The notes: generated by a model from the sequence alone, not told the origin. A DNA stretch of 64,000 bases from Cyanidioschyzon merolae (GCA_000091205.1 AP006486.2), one strand, 5' to 3'. Counted from the stretch's first letter, positions 11,426 to 22,796 are shown. Numbers and translations are program-made.

Positions 11426-12695
11426 CTAATTACAGAAGCATCCACTTGCTCGCTCTATCAACAGAGCGAGATCCCTCTTCTGCATTCTCTAGTCTCCGGG
11501 AAGTAGCACCCCGCATTCATTATTGGAGAAATGCTTTTTCTGTCGTTACGTCCTCGTTTGGGAAATCTGCCTCATTCGATTCCACCACCAAAAACCAATG
11601 ATGCCAGCCTGCTCGTAATGGCAACTCAGCGTTGCTCACTGGTCCCGAGAATGCGATTTACAGCGGGTGTTTCCTAAACTGCAAAGATCATTTGGCGACT
11701 GTGGAGCCCGTGCGCTCAGCCAGACTCTTTCAAACCCCTATTCGTGGTGGATGAGTGTTGTACGTATGGAATTGAAGCACTAGTTCCAGCTCCGAAACAT
11801 GTATACGTGCCCTTCACAGACGCTGGACTGCTTCCCTGCTGAGAAACAGTAGAGCAGAGTAACCTCGAATGCACTAGAAAGCTCCATAGTATCGATGCCG
11901 CATGCGTGGATGTTGCGAGTCCAGGACTCGTCAAGAGTACACGTGGTGAGGCTTGTGCACACGCCAGCCGCTTCGCCTGGCGTGTCTCAGCAAGGAATCG
12001 TTTTCTGACTAACAACGAATTTGACGGTTTCGCTGGTTTCGAGCAACCAACAAACTGGTCCAGCTTTCGAAACAGTCCTAGCGCAGAACATCAGCAGGTC
12101 CGCACCTACATTACAGCGCTGCATCGGAGAGCGCGTCACGCACCGTGTCGCTCCCAGGTACGACGTCCTGCTTGGAGCCACAGAAACGAAATACGCGCTC
12201 TCAGCGCGGTATCGGAGTGTGTGGCAATGAGCCCGCACTCTGGGAGCGCATGCTTTCCGCGGTACAGCATCGCCAAGCGCTTCCAGCCGGAGCCGCCCAC
12301 CTGATAGATGTACCAGCTGATAGACAGCGTCCATGTTGCTCGCAGAGCTGCAAATCATGAAGCACATGCTACACGGCTGCAATCGCTTGGACGCTCGTGT
12401 TCCAGCAGGGCAGGAAATAGTTTCGTGTTCGCATGTACCCGTCGATACTCTGCGAAGAGTCTTTGAACCGAAAGAAAAATGATTGGACGGGGTATATCAT
12501 TTATGTTTCAAGCAAGCGAGCTCTAGAAAACAGCGAAACTGCAGCTGGCCTGCCCGTCGACACGGAGCGCGACCCCGCACGCTTTAGTGCCCGTAACGAA
12601 AACCGGCCCGCACGGACTCGGAGGACGTGGCGCCTGCAGTTAGCCGCAGAGTCCCTACAACGATGTGGACATTCCTGGTTCGATATGGACATTGC

Positions 12696-12905
12696 CTAGA
12701 AACCCTCCTTCTTGCCTGTTCCCGTCACTAGGCTGTACATGCCGTTTCCGAGCGCAACGACCCCTACCAGTGCCACGCCGACCATTAACAGGTTTACATA
12801 ACGGTCTCCAGGACGTACTTGATGTGTAAACCGCCCCTCTCTCTTCGCTTTCTGAATCTCCGCCATTAGTTCCGGAACACGATTCTTGTTTTTCGTGAGC
12901 TCCAT
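12696..12905 (-). CDS. Small single-pass membrane protein (69 aa from the first ATG)
   Basis: The ORF 12696-12911 begins on an alternative TTG, and the first ATG is at 12903-12905. It has one hydrophobic segment, LLMVGVALVGVVALGNGMYSLV, flanked by charged residues. I cannot assign a family. Confidence 0.3.
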   Translation of the reverse strand: MELTKNKNRVPELMAEIQKAKREGRFTHQVRPGDRYVNLLMVGVALVGVVALGNGMYSLVTGTGKKEGF

Positions 12906-13298
12906 TCCCAATAGAGAGCGCTACCGGTCAACGCTTGGCCCACAGCGAACGAACGCTGTCACTTGACGCCTTGCTGGGCGCCTGCCGCCCGTAGCAGATC
13001 GCCGCCCAGCGAGGCCGCGGATCGCGTGCCATCTGCTCCGTCCAGATCCCCGGGGGCGGCAGGCGGACATCCATCAACGGACGGCCGCGTCCATTGTGTA
13101 ACTTTAGGTATATATCTGGATATAATATATCCTTTAGGAATCCTGAGGACATATCCATGTCGCTGGTCTGAGGTACGGGATCGCCATTCAACTGCGTTAC
13201 ATGAGGGAGGCTTCGTGCGTTTCGCTGGCCCGGATAGTGACTTCGAGTGACCTGCGCGTTTTCTCGGGCAACGAGCCGCAGCAGGTTTGCTTCCACTC

Positions 13299-14393
13299 AT
13301 GGACGCGAAATGGAGTCCTGTGGACCTAAATCGCGGGCCTCAGATGATGCGGCCTGTTCAAAGTGCATTTCTTTCAACCGCAACACCCACAGTGCCTGTG
13401 CGTTTGCTGCCGAACCTGACACTCGTGCAGCGCTCTCGCAGTCGCGCACTAGACGCACTCCATTTGATCACACTCAGAACCCGCTGCATCTGGCCTTGGA
13501 ATATGTCTGCAGCGCCTGGTGCGAACGAAGGCGACCCAGCGACGAAGAGCAACTCCGCGAACCGTTTTAATTCTAAGCGAACAGAACCCAGTTTGTTAAA
13601 CTTGTTCAGTTGGGGAGAGTTGGATGATTCACGTGCGGGAACCGAGAACGACGATGAAGATGATGGCTACGACGATATTTCATCCGACAGTGATGTGGAT
13701 CCAGTTCTCGACCGTGGACGCGTGTTCGGTGCTTGGTTAGACAACCAGGTTCTGAGACTGGATCGGATCCAGAGCGCTGCGATGCAAGCACCGGGCCAGA
13801 CGCTACAAGAGCGAGCCGAGCGGGCTTTCGCGCGAGGCGTACAAGCTCTAACTGACGGTCACTATGCCACAGCGAGCGATGCCATCTTCCAGGCATCCGC
13901 ATTGCCTGGACAGCAGACTCGACTTGGCGGCGAATATCTGCTCTGGCTTGCCCAGGCACTCGATGCTCAGGGCAAGAATGCGCGCGCTCAAGAGGTTCTC
14001 CGACGCCTGCAGTATCACAAAGACAGAGACGTGCGCCAGGTAGCTGAGAGTCTATTGTTTATCCTGCAGGCACCGCGGCTGCGTCTCGGCCCAGAGTCTT
14101 TCGTGAAAATCGACCTCGACGCCCTCTTGAATCAGAATCGGGCACGCGATATTCCCGGGTGGAAGAAGAGGCAACGGAGATACCGGTTCGGAAGCGGCTC
14201 CTCTGCAGCGCTCGCTGGCACTGGCAAGCGCCGCAGAGAGCCGACGAAATATTCCCTAGAATGGTTCACGTCGCAGGAGAGCGTCTCTGCGGAGGAACTT
14301 GAACGCGCGAACCAAGCATCACGCGCGGCTATGCTTGCATCGTCCGGTGTTATGCTGCTCATTCTGTTTATGCTACGTTTTCTCGGAAGGTAG
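13299..14393 (+). CDS. Hypothetical protein with an acidic Ser/Asp stretch and a C-terminal hydrophobic tail (possible tail anchor)
   Basis: The ORF 13287-14393 begins on TTG, and the first ATG is at 13299. It contains a DDEDDGYDDISSDSD acidic block and ends with a hydrophobic C-terminus MLASSGVMLLILFMLRFLGR. I recognise no family, and the true start may lie further downstream. Confidence 0.35.
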   Translation: MDAKWSPVDLNRGPQMMRPVQSAFLSTATPTVPVRLLPNLTLVQRSRSRALDALHLITLRTRCIWPWNMSAAPGANEGDPATKSNSANRFNSKRTEPSLLNLFSWGELDDSRAGTENDDEDDGYDDISSDSDVDPVLDRGRVFGAWLDNQVLRLDRIQSAAMQAPGQTLQERAERAFARGVQALTDGHYATASDAIFQASALPGQQTRLGGEYLLWLAQALDAQGKNARAQEVLRRLQYHKDRDVRQVAESLLFILQAPRLRLGPESFVKIDLDALLNQNRARDIPGWKKRQRRYRFGSGSSAALAGTGKRRREPTKYSLEWFTSQESVSAEELERANQASRAAMLASSGVMLLILFMLRFLGR

Positions 14394-15334
14394 CGCAAAG
14401 CCCGCCTATTTGCTCCAAGACTGAGCGTTTCGTTGTGCGGTGGAGCCACGGAATCCAACATTTCTATTTGTTCGCTTGTACACGGACATGATAAGTACGA
14501 TTTACACACACCAGCGCTATGCAACAAGCGAGGCATTCGCATACGAACGATGTCCAGTATATCGGTCTAAACATCGAAAGATACTCGGTTCGGAGGATAT
14601 TTAGCGGATGCAGTATGCAACGGTGCACCGCACGAGCGCAGCACAAGGTCCAGCCATTTCATATGTTTGCGCCGATGTTCCGCTTGAGTCACCAAGGAAA
14701 GGAACACCTGGTTTATTCGTGAGCCACTCGGTTGACCACTTACCACAGCACGCTTCCTCGGCCGCAGACAGGCAAGCGATCTCGGGTATCGATGCGACTT
14801 GCTGAAGACAAAGTCGACCACTTGAATAGGTCCAAACCAGCCAGCTGCGGAGAGACTGGTCGGTCCCGTTCAGCCAGGCTTTCTTTGCGTGAGTTTCTGA
14901 GGTACACCCCACGCCCACCCTACACTGTTGAAGCTATTTGGCATAACTTGAGCGTCCCAGTTGGACAGCAGAACACCAATAGACACGCGAAATTGAACCA
15001 CGGCCGGCCGGGTCTCTGTCACGGAAGCTTGACGCGGTGACTGCGCTGGGTCTCCTATGAGGAACCGGTCGGACGACCACGAGCGATCCGTTCCACGATA
15101 GCACCGTCTGCCAGGACGTCAACAGCTAAGCGAAGCGTGCGCACGAGCGCATCCAGTCTCTCGTCGAAGCGCTCTAGCTGGGCTTCGAGCACCCGCAGCG
15201 CTACCACTGTGCGCTGGTACGCCGCTGCCGCCTGCCGTAGACACTCCGTTTCTCGTTGTAGCTGCTTCTCCCAACTGGCAGGCGATCCCTCCGTCGTCGA
15301 CGTCTCCGCTGCCATGGAGAACACGCACACACCG

Positions 15335-17960
15335 ACAACGAATGCCTTTTACAAGAAAAAACGTTGCTGCCGCAAGTGGTATAGTAGTGGCGACAAACGC
15401 ACCGTAGACAAGGAGTCTTCAGCCGACGTGCAGACGCATCTCAGTCTTTCTCGACCGGCCACCCACTACTTCTTCCAACATTTTTTCATATAGTTCGAGT
15501 TTGAGAGGTTGTCCAACAAAATTCTATCTCGTCCACTCTGGAAGTCTATTCTCCAGCACCGCACGTCTCCTTATATTGATAGCGGCATTAATGTCTCGGT
15601 TCACAAACTCCATCCGTTTCTTGCCATCACTGGATGTACTTAATAATGCGAGTAGTCCACGAACTTTCGCTCTCCTTTCCATTTGCTCCTCCGTCAACGG
15701 TCCGTGCTTTGCTATTTCCTCAGGGCTCCGCTAATACTTTTCCATCTCGACCCTCTGAAGTGTACACCCCAGTTCATGGTGTGTATACGATGTTCGGAAG
15801 TCATCTACGGGTATCGTAACGAAACGCCGTGCGCACTCCTTGCACGTTTTTGTCGTTGGAGCTGGTGTAATGCCTTTTTTCGACGCCCAGCGCCCTGCTC
15901 CATACGCTACTACGAGCCTCTGACTTTCATTCTCCCTCAGGGCGCTCAACTGATTGAAAAAGTTCGAGAACGCCCGCTGCTTCCCACAATACAAATTCAT
16001 ACGCAAACGAGCCCACCGGGGCTTGGTGGATTCTTTCCACAGGGCATCCCAATGAGCAGCGCGAACTTCCATGAACTCCCGAAATGCTTCAAAGTCGGTT
16101 CCTCGGCTCGTCACCTCGCTCAAAGCTTCCAGGTGATCCCTCACTCCTGACTTCTAGGTCTCATTTTGTTTCCTCGCATTCATTATACCGGAATCCCGGT
16201 AGGATCTCGCTCTCGGGAACTTGAAAACTCGCATGTCTTTATGACGTAAATTGTCGTCGACACTATCTTCCGCACGCTTGGGTACAGCGACGGTTATGAT
16301 ATTTGTGTTTCCGGGGTCCGCGCCAACGACAAAGCCGTTATCGTGCACTTTCTGTGTTGCACGATCCACCTCCTTCTTTTCTCGATGCTTCGCCGCGTCA
16401 ACGACAAAGCCGTTATCGTGCACTTCGTGTGTCGCAGGATCCTCCTTCTTCGTACCTTCATCCTTCGCCACGGGCGGAGCTGGACGATCTGTCTTTAAGC
16501 GCCGATAGTGTACAGACATGGCTACTCCATCGTTTTCGATCATCCCAGTGAATACCTTTCGCTTGCTCACTTTCAGACGTTTGAAATCGACGAAATTCTT
16601 CTTCCAGTGCGTCTCCCGGCTTTCGCCGGAGAACTCCTCCCTGCTGACATTGAACTCCGGACTGATCTCCCTCATGATGCCGTAAAGGACGCCTGAATCG
16701 ATAGTCACGAAATGTGACCTGATGTTGCACATTGGAACCACGTTGAAGCGCTTCCCCATTAGGAAAGCCTTCCGCCTCTCCCACTCTTCATTTGTCTCCT
16801 CATTCAGCTTCATTTCCGCCTTGCGTTCCAGCTCTCCGTCCAGCAACACGAAATAGCGCAGGGCGAGGCGATAGTATCTTTCCTTATCTTTTTTCGACTC
16901 TGATAGCTTGTCTGTTGGACTCAGCAGCCCCAGTACCGCACGATGCTCTTCTACAACCGCACGGATGACAGAAGCTTCATTCGTGCTCTCGTTTGACGCC
17001 TTCTCTCCGACGAATTCGATCTCCTGTTCATGCTTGCGATCGTTCGTGACGCCATTGGTAATCGCCCATTTTCCTTTGCGAGCGATGCCAGGGTACAGCG
17101 CAAACACGGCGCGTATCATGAAGCGTTCGAGGTTCATAGTAAAATGGTTCTTCAGGTTCCTGATGTACTTCATCGCTCCGTATGTGTAAATGCACCAGTC
17201 AATTTTGTATCGAGTACCGTCGAAGCTCTAAAAGGGATGTTTTTCGTGGAGGGCATGCACTAGCACATTTTCCCTCGGCGCTTCCGCTGTACCAAGCATC
17301 AGGTGTCGAATAAAGGTCTTATCGAGAAACCCGTCCGGAATCCCGACCGTTTCCATCTGCGCCACGTCGCGATACATCTCCCTCGCCATATGCATCAGTC
17401 CTGAAGACGCCTTGACAATACTCTTGGAGTATGACGCAACACTGTTTTCGATAGCGTCTCGCAGCTTTTCCCTGTACGGATCCTTGATATTTTTAAGAAG
17501 ACAGACTTTCACCACCTTCTTGTCGCACAGTCGTCTTTCGTGCCGCCTTCGACGCAGAGCGTCCCACTTTCAGTCCTTCTTCTCTTCCTTTTCTTCTGGA
17601 CTTGGCACTGTTTTTCTGTTTTTTCTGGCAGCCCGCGACACTGGGCCTCCAGGATCATCGACTTGCTTTTCATAACTTCCTTTTTTTTGTTTTTTTTTGG
17701 AAAACAACGCTCCCTCCAACGCCTCTGATATAAACAGCGAGGAAAACTTGAATAAACCAAACTGAGGGTTGAAATATAACTGAACTGAAAAGTACACTCT
17801 GCTATGACTTTAACGCAAATGCAACTTGTACTTGAGAGCAACACGCTCAAGATCGCGATCCCGTTTCCCTTCAACGACGACATGCGCGTCGTATCTCATG
17901 CCTGCCAGATATGGAGGTGCGCGTATCGACCGCGATGCCCCCTGGCACTGTATGGGCCGA
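15335..17960 (-). mobile_element. Fanzor-like (eukaryotic TnpB/OMEGA-nuclease family) element, copy A, decayed
   Basis: The minus-strand ORF chain 17673->15524 is about 715 codons. It has a KKRKRRR NLS-like N-terminus, a [14 protein letters not shown] RuvC-I-like motif, a TKTCKECARRF...HH..C zinc-ribbon, and an NRDINAAINIRRRAVLEN RuvC-III motif. The 3' terminus lies near 15335 (aacgaatgcc...), and the same terminus is seen in copy B and at 53385. The 5' flank shares similarity with copy 3 out to about 17960. Confidence 0.7.
15524..17673 (-). pseudogene. Fanzor/TnpB-like nuclease gene, copy A, interrupted by in-frame stops
   Basis: An in-frame TAG at 16154-16156 sits where copy B has TGG (Trp). 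An in-frame TAG at 15731-15733 sits where copy 3 has CAG (Gln). An in-frame TGA in the N-terminal region sits where copy 3 has CGA. Otherwise the frame is colinear with copy B. Confidence 0.65.
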
Positions 17961-18839
17961 GGGGCCCACCATGCGCACCCGGTTCAGTCGGATATCCATG
18001 CAGACCCCAACGCACCGCAAGAACACTTGGATGAAATCGATGCAGATTTGGCTGAAGCGACGGTTATGCGAAAACACGCTCGAATCGTTCCCCAGAAATG
18101 TAGAAGGCTCCTACCGCCTCAAGCGAACTGTTCGAACAACCATATGGGAACGTAGACACGGAACCAGTCGCGCCAGTAACGCCCGCCTTGACTCTATACC
18201 GGAACTACAACCTAGCATACACATGCGAGTACTGGTGGGAGGCGCTGGAGTTCCCGGGACTTGCTCGCGGTATCCAGTGGCTCGCCAAAATCCGCGTTGG
18301 TGGTTGCTGACTACCAGCACCTGCGCTAAACCATATAGGAACACTGGAATCGCAGTGGGAATCACACTGTCCCTGCTGTGGAAACGATAAACCCGAGACG
18401 CTGACATATTTAGGCTTACAGTGCGCGCGCTGGAAGCAGGAGCGCAGCGAGCTCCTTGAAGGACGGCATCAGCCGGGTATCACCGTGATAGTCGAAGGCC
18501 GGACACTCACTTTGAGTGCAGCACTGGCAACTGATGGTCCGCTAACGGAGCCTCAGCGCTCATTCGTGGCCAACAGACTCACGTGCTACCTTCCAAGCGG
18601 AAGGTCTAGCGAATCGGACGCGCACACGGGTTTAGTATGCTTTCTGCGCCTATCCACTGTGGTGAGCGTCAAGCACAAACCCGCATTGCCAACCGACAAC
18701 AACGCGTTCCATGCATGATCACGAAGGAGAGAGACGACTCCCAGAATATATCTTAACGGCCAAGTGTCTCCAGCGTGTCGTGCCGCGAAGGCAAGCTTGC
18801 ATCCGCAGACCGTCCGAGCACAAACTGACGACGAGACCC

Positions 18840-18995
18840 GATTCTACGTCGGGTGAAGCACCCCTCGAGCCGACGCCCTCTGTGGTATGGAAAAGCCGTT
18901 CTAGCTCGATAAACTCTCTGCCCCAGCGGTTCAAGCGCAAAGGCGGATATGGAACGGCAGGTATTAGGTACCCACGACAGGACGTATGAGACGAT
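18840..18995 (+). repeat. Fragment of the roughly 650 bp element-R repeat family (see 21741-22400) inside the spacer of the Fanzor inverted repeat
   Basis: It encodes ..PLEPTPSVVWKSRSS.., which matches the SDP.S.EP.LE..PSVV.QSR segment of element R copies at 21840-22037 (minus) and 48692 onward (plus). Confidence 0.5.
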
Positions 18996-19154
18996 CAGTA
19001 TCTCCAAGAAGAAGTATAGGTAATGTAACTTGGAGGGAGGGGGCTTTATGGATATATTACCGCGCGCTGAAGTAAAACGCAAAACAAAAGAGAACGAAAA
19101 GAAAAAGCGCACAATAGGAGAATGCTGGCCCAAGTAAACGTCTTATCAATAGAA

Positions 19155-21705
19155 AAATTGCCGTCGTTGAAGGGAAACGGGATCGCGATCTTGAGCGTGT
19201 TGCTCTCAAGTACAAGTTGCATTTGCGTTAAAGTCATAGCAGAGTGTACTTTTCAGTTCAGTTATATTTCAACCCTCAGTTTGGTTTATTCAAGTTTTCC
19301 TCGCTGTTTATATCAGAGGCGTTGGAGGGAGCGTTGTTTTCCAAAAAAAACAAAAAAAAGGAAGTTATGAAAAGCAAGTCGATGATCCTGGAGGCCCAGT
19401 GTCGCGGGCTGCCAGAAAAAACAGAAAAACAGTGCCAAGTCCAGAAGAAAAGGAAGAGAAGAAGGACTGAAAGTGGGACGCTCTGCGTCGAAGGCGGCAC
19501 GAAAGACGACTGTGCGACAAGAAGGTCGTCAAAGTCTGTCTTCTTAAACATATCAAGGATCCGTACAGGGAAAAGCTGCGAGACGCTATCGAAAACAGTG
19601 TTGCGTCATACTCCAAGAGTATTGTCAAGGCGTCTTCAGGACTGATGCATATGGCGAGGGAGATGTATCGCGACGTGGCGCAGATGGAAACGGTCGGGAT
19701 TCCGGACGGGTTTCTCGATAAGACCTTTATTCGACACCTGATGCTTGGTACAGCGGAAGCGCCGAGGGAAAATGTGCTAGTGCATGCCCTCCACGAAAAA
19801 CATCCCTTTTAGAGCTTCGACGGTACTCGATACAAAATTGACTGGTGCATTTACACATACGGAGCGATGAAGTACATCAGGAACCTGAAGAACCATTTTA
19901 CTATGAACCTCGAACGCTTCATGATACGCGCCGTGTTTGCGCTGTACCCTGGCATCGCTCGCAAAGGAAAATGGGCGATTACCAATGGCGTCACGAACGA
20001 TCGCAAGCATGAACAGGAGATCGAATTCGTCGGAGAGAAGGCGTCAAACGAGAGCACGAATGAAGCTTCTGTCATCCGTGCGGTTGTAGAAGAGCACCGT
20101 GCGGCACTGGGGCTGCTGAGTCCAACAGACAAGATATCAGAGTCGAAAAAAGATAAGGAAAGATACTATCGCCTCGCCCTGCGCTATTTCGTGTTTCTGG
20201 ACGGAGAGCTGGAACGCAAGGCGGAAATGAAGCTGAATGAGGAGACAAATGAGGAGTGGGAGAGGCGGAAGGCTTTCCTAATGGGGAAGCGCTTCAACGT
20301 GGTTCCAATGTGCAACATCAGGTCACATTTCGTGACTATCGATTCAGGCGTCCTTTACGGCATCATGAGGGAGATCAGTCCCGAGTTCCATGTCAGCAGG
20401 GAGGAGTTCTCCGGCGAAAACCGGGAGACGTACTGGAAGAAGAATTTCGTCGATTTCAAACGTCTGAAAGTGAGCAAGCGAAAGGTATTCACTGGGATGA
20501 TCGAAAGCGATGGAGTAGCCATGTCTGTATAGTATCGGCGCTTGAAGACAGATCGTCCAGCTCCGCCCGTGGCGAAGGATGAAGGTACGAAGAAGGAGGA
20601 TCCTGCGACACACGAAGTGCACGATAACGGCTTTGTCGTTGACGCGGCGAAGCATCGAGAAAAGAAGGAGGTGGATCGTGCAACACAGAAAGTGCACGAT
20701 AACGGCTTTGTCGTTGGCGCGGACCCCGGAAACACAAATATCATAACCGTCGCTGTACCCAAGCGTGCGGAAGATAGTGTCGACGACAATTTACGTCATA
20801 AAGACAAGCGTCTGCTGATGTTGTCAAGAGCTAGATATTACCGGGAATCCGGTATAATGAATGCGAGGAAGAAAATCGTTTCATGGAATTCAGGAATGAA
20901 AGATCACCTGGAAGCTTCGAGCGAGGTTACGAGCCGAGGAGCCGACTTTGAAGCATTTCGGGAGTTCATGGAGGCTCGCGCTGCTCATTGGGATGCCCTG
21001 TGGAAAGAATCCACCAAGCCCCGGTGGGCTCGTTTGCGTATGAATTTCTGTTGTGGGAAGCAGCGGGCGTTTTCGAACTTTTTCAATCAGTTGAGCGCCC
21101 GGAGGGAGAATGAAAGTCAGAGGCTCGTAGTAGCATACGGAGCAGGGCGCTGGAAGACCCAAAAGGGACTATGCCAGCTCCAACGACAAAAACGTGCAAG
21201 GAGTGCGCACGGCGTTTCGTTACGATGCCCGTAGATGACTTCCGAACATCGTATACACACCATGGACTGGGGTGTACACTCCAGAGGGTCCAGATGGAAA
21301 AGTATTAGCGGAGCCCTGAGGAAATAGCAAAGCACGGACCTTTGACGGAAGAGCAAATGGAAAGGAGAGCGAAAGTTCGTGGACTACTCGCATTATTAAG
21401 TACATCCAGTGATGGCAAGAAACGGATGGAGTTTGTGAACCGAGACATTAATGCCGCTATCAATATAAGGAGACGTGCGGTGCTGGAGAATAGACTTCCA
21501 GAGTGGACGAGATAGAATTTTGTTGGACAACCTCTCAAACTCGAACTATATGAAAAAATGTTGGAAGAAGTAGTGGGTGGCCGGTCGAGAAAGACTGAGA
21601 TGCGTCTGCACGTCGGCTGAAGACTCCTTGTCTACGGTGCGTTTGTCGCCACTACTATACCACTTGCGGCAGCAACGTTTTTCTTTCGAAAGGCGTTCGC
21701 TAGCA
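19155..21705 (+). mobile_element. Fanzor-like element, copy B; inverted duplicate of copy A with its 5' end truncated at about 19155
   Basis: It is about 97% identical to copy A at the protein level over MKYIRNLKNHF...NRDINAAINIRRRAVLENRLPEWTR. Similarity to copy A stops at ...cccttcaacgacg near 19155, and the 3' terminus lies near 21705. Confidence 0.7.
19367..21515 (+). pseudogene. Fanzor/TnpB-like nuclease gene, copy B, with frameshifts and in-frame stops
   Basis: There is an in-frame TGA at 19468-19470 and a TAG at 20530-20532 where copy A has CAC. A 2 nt deletion near 21165 frameshifts the zinc-ribbon region. The TAG at 21306-21308 is shared with copy A. The RuvC-III motif NRDINAAINI lies at 21440-21470. 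Confidence 0.65.
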
Positions 21706-21740
21706 GCCTTCGATGATGCGTTCTTCGGGAACAGCTGCGT

Positions 21741-22400
21741 TTTTTTTTCTGATGAAAAAATGGTTAGATTCACTATGGATCCCAGAATTCGGAATGGATA
21801 ATGGCTTTCGGGAAAGCGTCCACGATGAAGCGCCTACCTTCAAGTTCTATCACGCATACTTCCTCTCGGATATACTGGTCGTTTCGTATATTCTATCGTG
21901 CGCCGAGCCTGCCGTGAACACCCGCCGTAGCGCTTATACCACTGAAGCAGATGCCACACGGAGACAGAACGGCTTTGCCATACCACTGAAGGCATCGACT
22001 CGAGGCGTGGTTCCTCCGACGTGGGGTCGGAGTACATAATATATCTGGGAGCCTGTAAGCTGCGCAGACAGACGCACTGCCTGTGGCAGCGCGGAGCGAT
22101 CTACAAGGAGTCCACTGTGACCACGGAGACGCCCAGACGCAGCATCCTGCTCCAAGTCCCCGAATGAAATGCGTTGCGGACGAGTTGTGCAGGTATCGCC
22201 ACAAAACCTGCCATTGGAGGAAGCATGAAGCACTAGCTAGCCCCGAAGACTCGTCCGGCTCGCGGGACCTTCCGCCTAGAAGGTAAAGTTTCGAAGATGC
22301 GGAAACTTTCCCCCTTTTCCATGAGTCATATCAAGGTCGAAAGAAACTGTTATCGAGTTGCTAGTCAGTTGTTAGTTTCTGTTCTTTCGTCTCTAGGAGA
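21741..22400 (-). repeat. Element R, copy i: roughly 650 bp non-coding repeat with a short A-tail (SINE/retroposon-like)
   Basis: It is about 80-85% identical to 27866-28515 and to the reverse complement of 48335-48993. On its own (minus) strand it ends ...ttttttcatcag followed by A9 (the T-run at 21741-21749 on plus). The 5' ends of all three copies coincide, which argues for a discrete unit. No conserved ORF is present. Confidence 0.65.
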
Positions 22401-22796
22401 AAGCTCGCTGCTCACGGTCGGGCACAACTCGAGGGCCCACCAGTTCGAAAACTGGCTATTGCTGCTGCTGCCCCTATGCAACGCGCTGGAGTGCGCTCGC
22501 TCTACAACCTCCTGTCCGCGCCCTTGGCCAAAACTGACCACCTGTGATCAACGCGCGATCGCAGCGTTGTGTGGTTGCGTCGCTTCGCGAGGAAGCGCGC
22601 AGGCCCACGACCCGTGTGCGGATGACGCCGACATTGAGATCGCGCTCGCGATGGCGATCGCAAACAGACTTCAGGGCTCGCCGTTGTGCTCGCGACTCTG
22701 TTTCGTGAACAAAGCCTGCGCACTTAGCACGCTCATTTTATATCGATTCATTTAGGAGCGCCAGCAGTGATCTAGAAGGAGAATAGAAGCGCTACA

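Noticed and set aside
15731-21308. Possibility that the in-frame TAGs in the Fanzor copies are sense codons (TAG=Gln code reassignment), since copy 3 has CAG at the same site
   Set aside because: Host genes in the window terminate with TAG (Rab7 at 34007-34009), TAA (phosphorylase, POR) and TGA (MTAP). The standard code applies, so the TAGs are nonsense mutations.
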